Assembly: GCA_030390025.1 (NCBI GenBank)
Contig: JASTWF010000033.1
Location: 3,722,001-3,786,000 of the forward strand
DNA length: 64,000 nt
Source of the DNA: Squalus acanthias
Taxonomy: Eukaryota
Direction: 5' to 3'
Part shown: positions 62,001-64,000 of the stretch, piece after piece
Layout: each line of letters opens with the position of its first letter
Position numbering within the stretch: position 1 is the stretch's first letter
The notes under the pieces: model-generated
The model's input: the letters and a program-made list of their open reading frames with translations, nothing else
Databases searched by the model: none
What the model was told of the DNA's origin: nothing
Made by a program: the position numbers and the translations under genes

Positions 62001-64000
62001 TGGGGGGTGTGACCAGTCCCGGGGTTTTGAACTGTCCTGGGGTTTTGACGTGTCCCGGGGCTTTGACCGGTCCCGGGGATTTGACCAGTCCCGGGGGTTT
62101 GACCAGTCCAGGGGGTTTGACCGGTCCCGGTGGTTTGACCGGTCCCGGTGGTTTGACCAGTCCCGGGGGTTTGACCAGTCCCGGGGGTGTGACCAGTCCC
62201 GGGGGTTTGACCGGTCCCGGTGGTTTGACCAGTCCCGGGGGTTTGACCAGTCCCGGGGGTGTGACCAGTCCCGGGGGTTTGACCGGTCCCGGTGGTTTGA
62301 CCAGTCCCGGGGGTTTGACCAGTCCCGGGGGTTTGACCAGTCCCGGGCTTTTTACCAGTGCAGGGGTTTGATCAGTCCCGGGGGTTTGACCGGTCCCGGG
62401 GGTTTGACCAGTCCCGGGCTTTTTACCAGTGCAGGGGTTTGATCAGTCCCGGGGGTGTGACCAGTCCCGGGGGTGTGACCAGTCCCGGGGGTTTGACCGG
62501 TCCCGGGGGTTTGACCGGTCCCGGGGGTTTGACCGGTCCCGGGCTTTTTACCAGTGCAGGGGTTTGATCAGTCCCGGGGGTGTGACCAGTCCCGGGGCTG
62601 TGACCGGTCCCGGGGGTTTGACCAGTCCCGGGGGTTTGACCGGTCCCGGGGGTTTGACCAGTCCCGGGTGTGTGACCAGTCCCGGGGGTTTGACCGGTCC
62701 CGGGGGTTTGACCAGTCCCGGGTGTTTGACCAGTCCCGGGGGTTTGACCTGTCCCAGGGGTTTGACCGGTCCCGGGGGTTTGACCGGTCCCGGGGGTTTG
62801 ACCAGTCCCGGGTGTTTGACCAGTCCCGGGGGTTTGACCTGTCCCAGGGGTGTGAGCAGTCCTGGGGGGTGACCTGTCCCTCGGGTTTGACCAGTCCTGG
62901 GGGTTAGAACAGTCCCGCGGTTTTGACCAGTCCAGGGGTTTGACCGGCCCCGGAAGTTTGACCAGTCCTGGGGGTGTGACCTGTCCCGGGGGTTTGACCG
63001 TTCCAGGGGGTTTGATCAGTCCCTGGGGGTTGTCCGGTTCTTGGGCTTTGACCGGTCCTGGGTTTCGTGGCAGCTCCGGGGGTTTGACCGGTCCCGGGGT
63101 GTTTGAACGGTCCCGGGGGTATAAACGGTCCCAGGGGGTTGACCGGTCCCGGGGATTTGACTGCTCCCAGGGTGTTTGACCAGTCCCGGGGGTTTGACCA
63201 GTCCCAGGGGATTGACCAGTCCCGGGGGTTTGACCGGTCCCGGGGGTGTGACCAGTCCTGGGGGTGTTACCATTCCCGGGTGATTGACCAGTCCTGGAGG
63301 TTTGACGGGTCCTGGGGGGGTTTGACCAGTCCTGGAGGTGTGACCAGTCCCGGGGGTTTGATGGGTCCTGGGAGTTTTGACCAGTCCCGGGTGTTTGACC
63401 GGTCCTGGGGTTTTGACCAGTCCCAGGTGTTTGACCAGTCCCGGGGGTTGACCAGTTCAGGGGTTTGACCGGTCCCGAGGGATGGACCGGTCCCGGGGGT
63501 TTGACCAGTCCTGGGGTTTTGACCAGTCCCGGGGGCTTGACCAGTCCCGGGGGTTTGACCAGTCCGGGGGTTTGACCAGTCCCAGGGGTTTCACCAGTCC
63601 CGGGGGTTTGACCGGTCCCAAGGGATGGACCGGTCCCGTAGTTTTGACAGGTCCCGGGGGTTTGACCAGTCCCGGGCGATTGACCAGTCCGGGGGTTTGA
63701 CCGGTCCCAGGGGTTTGACCGGTCCAGGGGGTTTGACTAGTCCTGGGGGTGTGACCTGTCCCGGGGGTTTGACGGGTCCTGGGGGGGTTTGACCAGTCCC
63801 GGGGGTGTGACCAGTCCCGGGGGTTTGATGGGTCCTGGGGGTTTTGACCAGTCCCGGGTGTTTGACCGGTCCTGGGGTTTTGACCAGTCCCAGGTGTTTG
63901 ACCAGTCCCGGGGGTTTGACCAGTTCAGGGGTTTTTTCCGTTCCCGTGGGATGGACCGGTCACGGGGGTTTGACCAGACCCGGTGGATTGACCAGTCCAG
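53027..64000 (+). repeat. 18-bp GC-rich tandem satellite, segment right of the LINE
   Basis: Same monomer, orientation and phase as the left segment; runs to the window end. Confidence 0.98.
53215..62330 (+). repeat. Nested higher-order duplications with periods of about 2.25-2.3 kb and 3.45 kb; boundaries approximate
   Basis: Identical or nearly identical conceptual ORFs at offsets 2305 (53283/55588), 2250 (54919/57169) and 3453 (57169/60622, 57701/61154). Confidence 0.88.

Noticed and set aside
1..64000. CRISPR-like array
   Set aside because: Monomers abut directly with no unique spacers, there are no cas genes, and the context is eukaryotic.

Overview
About 92% of the window is one GC-rich 18-bp tandem satellite (consensus GACC[A/G/T]GTCCCGGGGGTTT, roughly 3,250-3,300 monomers by length, all apparently in one orientation), organised into nested kb-scale higher-order duplications. 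It is interrupted by a 500-N scaffold gap (4252-4751) and by one apparently intact, near full-length CR1-clade LINE on the minus strand (48434-53026). The LINE has ORF1 (zinc finger, leucine zipper, SGNH esterase), ORF2 (APE endonuclease and reverse transcriptase), an octamer 3' tail and a probable 5-bp target-site duplication. The sequence is eukaryotic; the CR1 3' end resembles shark/ray elements as I recall them (not searched). All other ORFs in the track are by-products of the 18-bp period or antisense shadows. The most interesting details are in the LINE: a U-UUA-AAC slippery heptamer that could join ORF1 to ORF2 by -1 frameshifting, and a 5' UTR with tandem 152-bp monomers carrying candidate mini-exons plus an E-box/GC/CCAAT/TATA cluster. 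I see no CRISPR array, host gene or RNA gene, and cannot claim a new biological system from the sequence alone.
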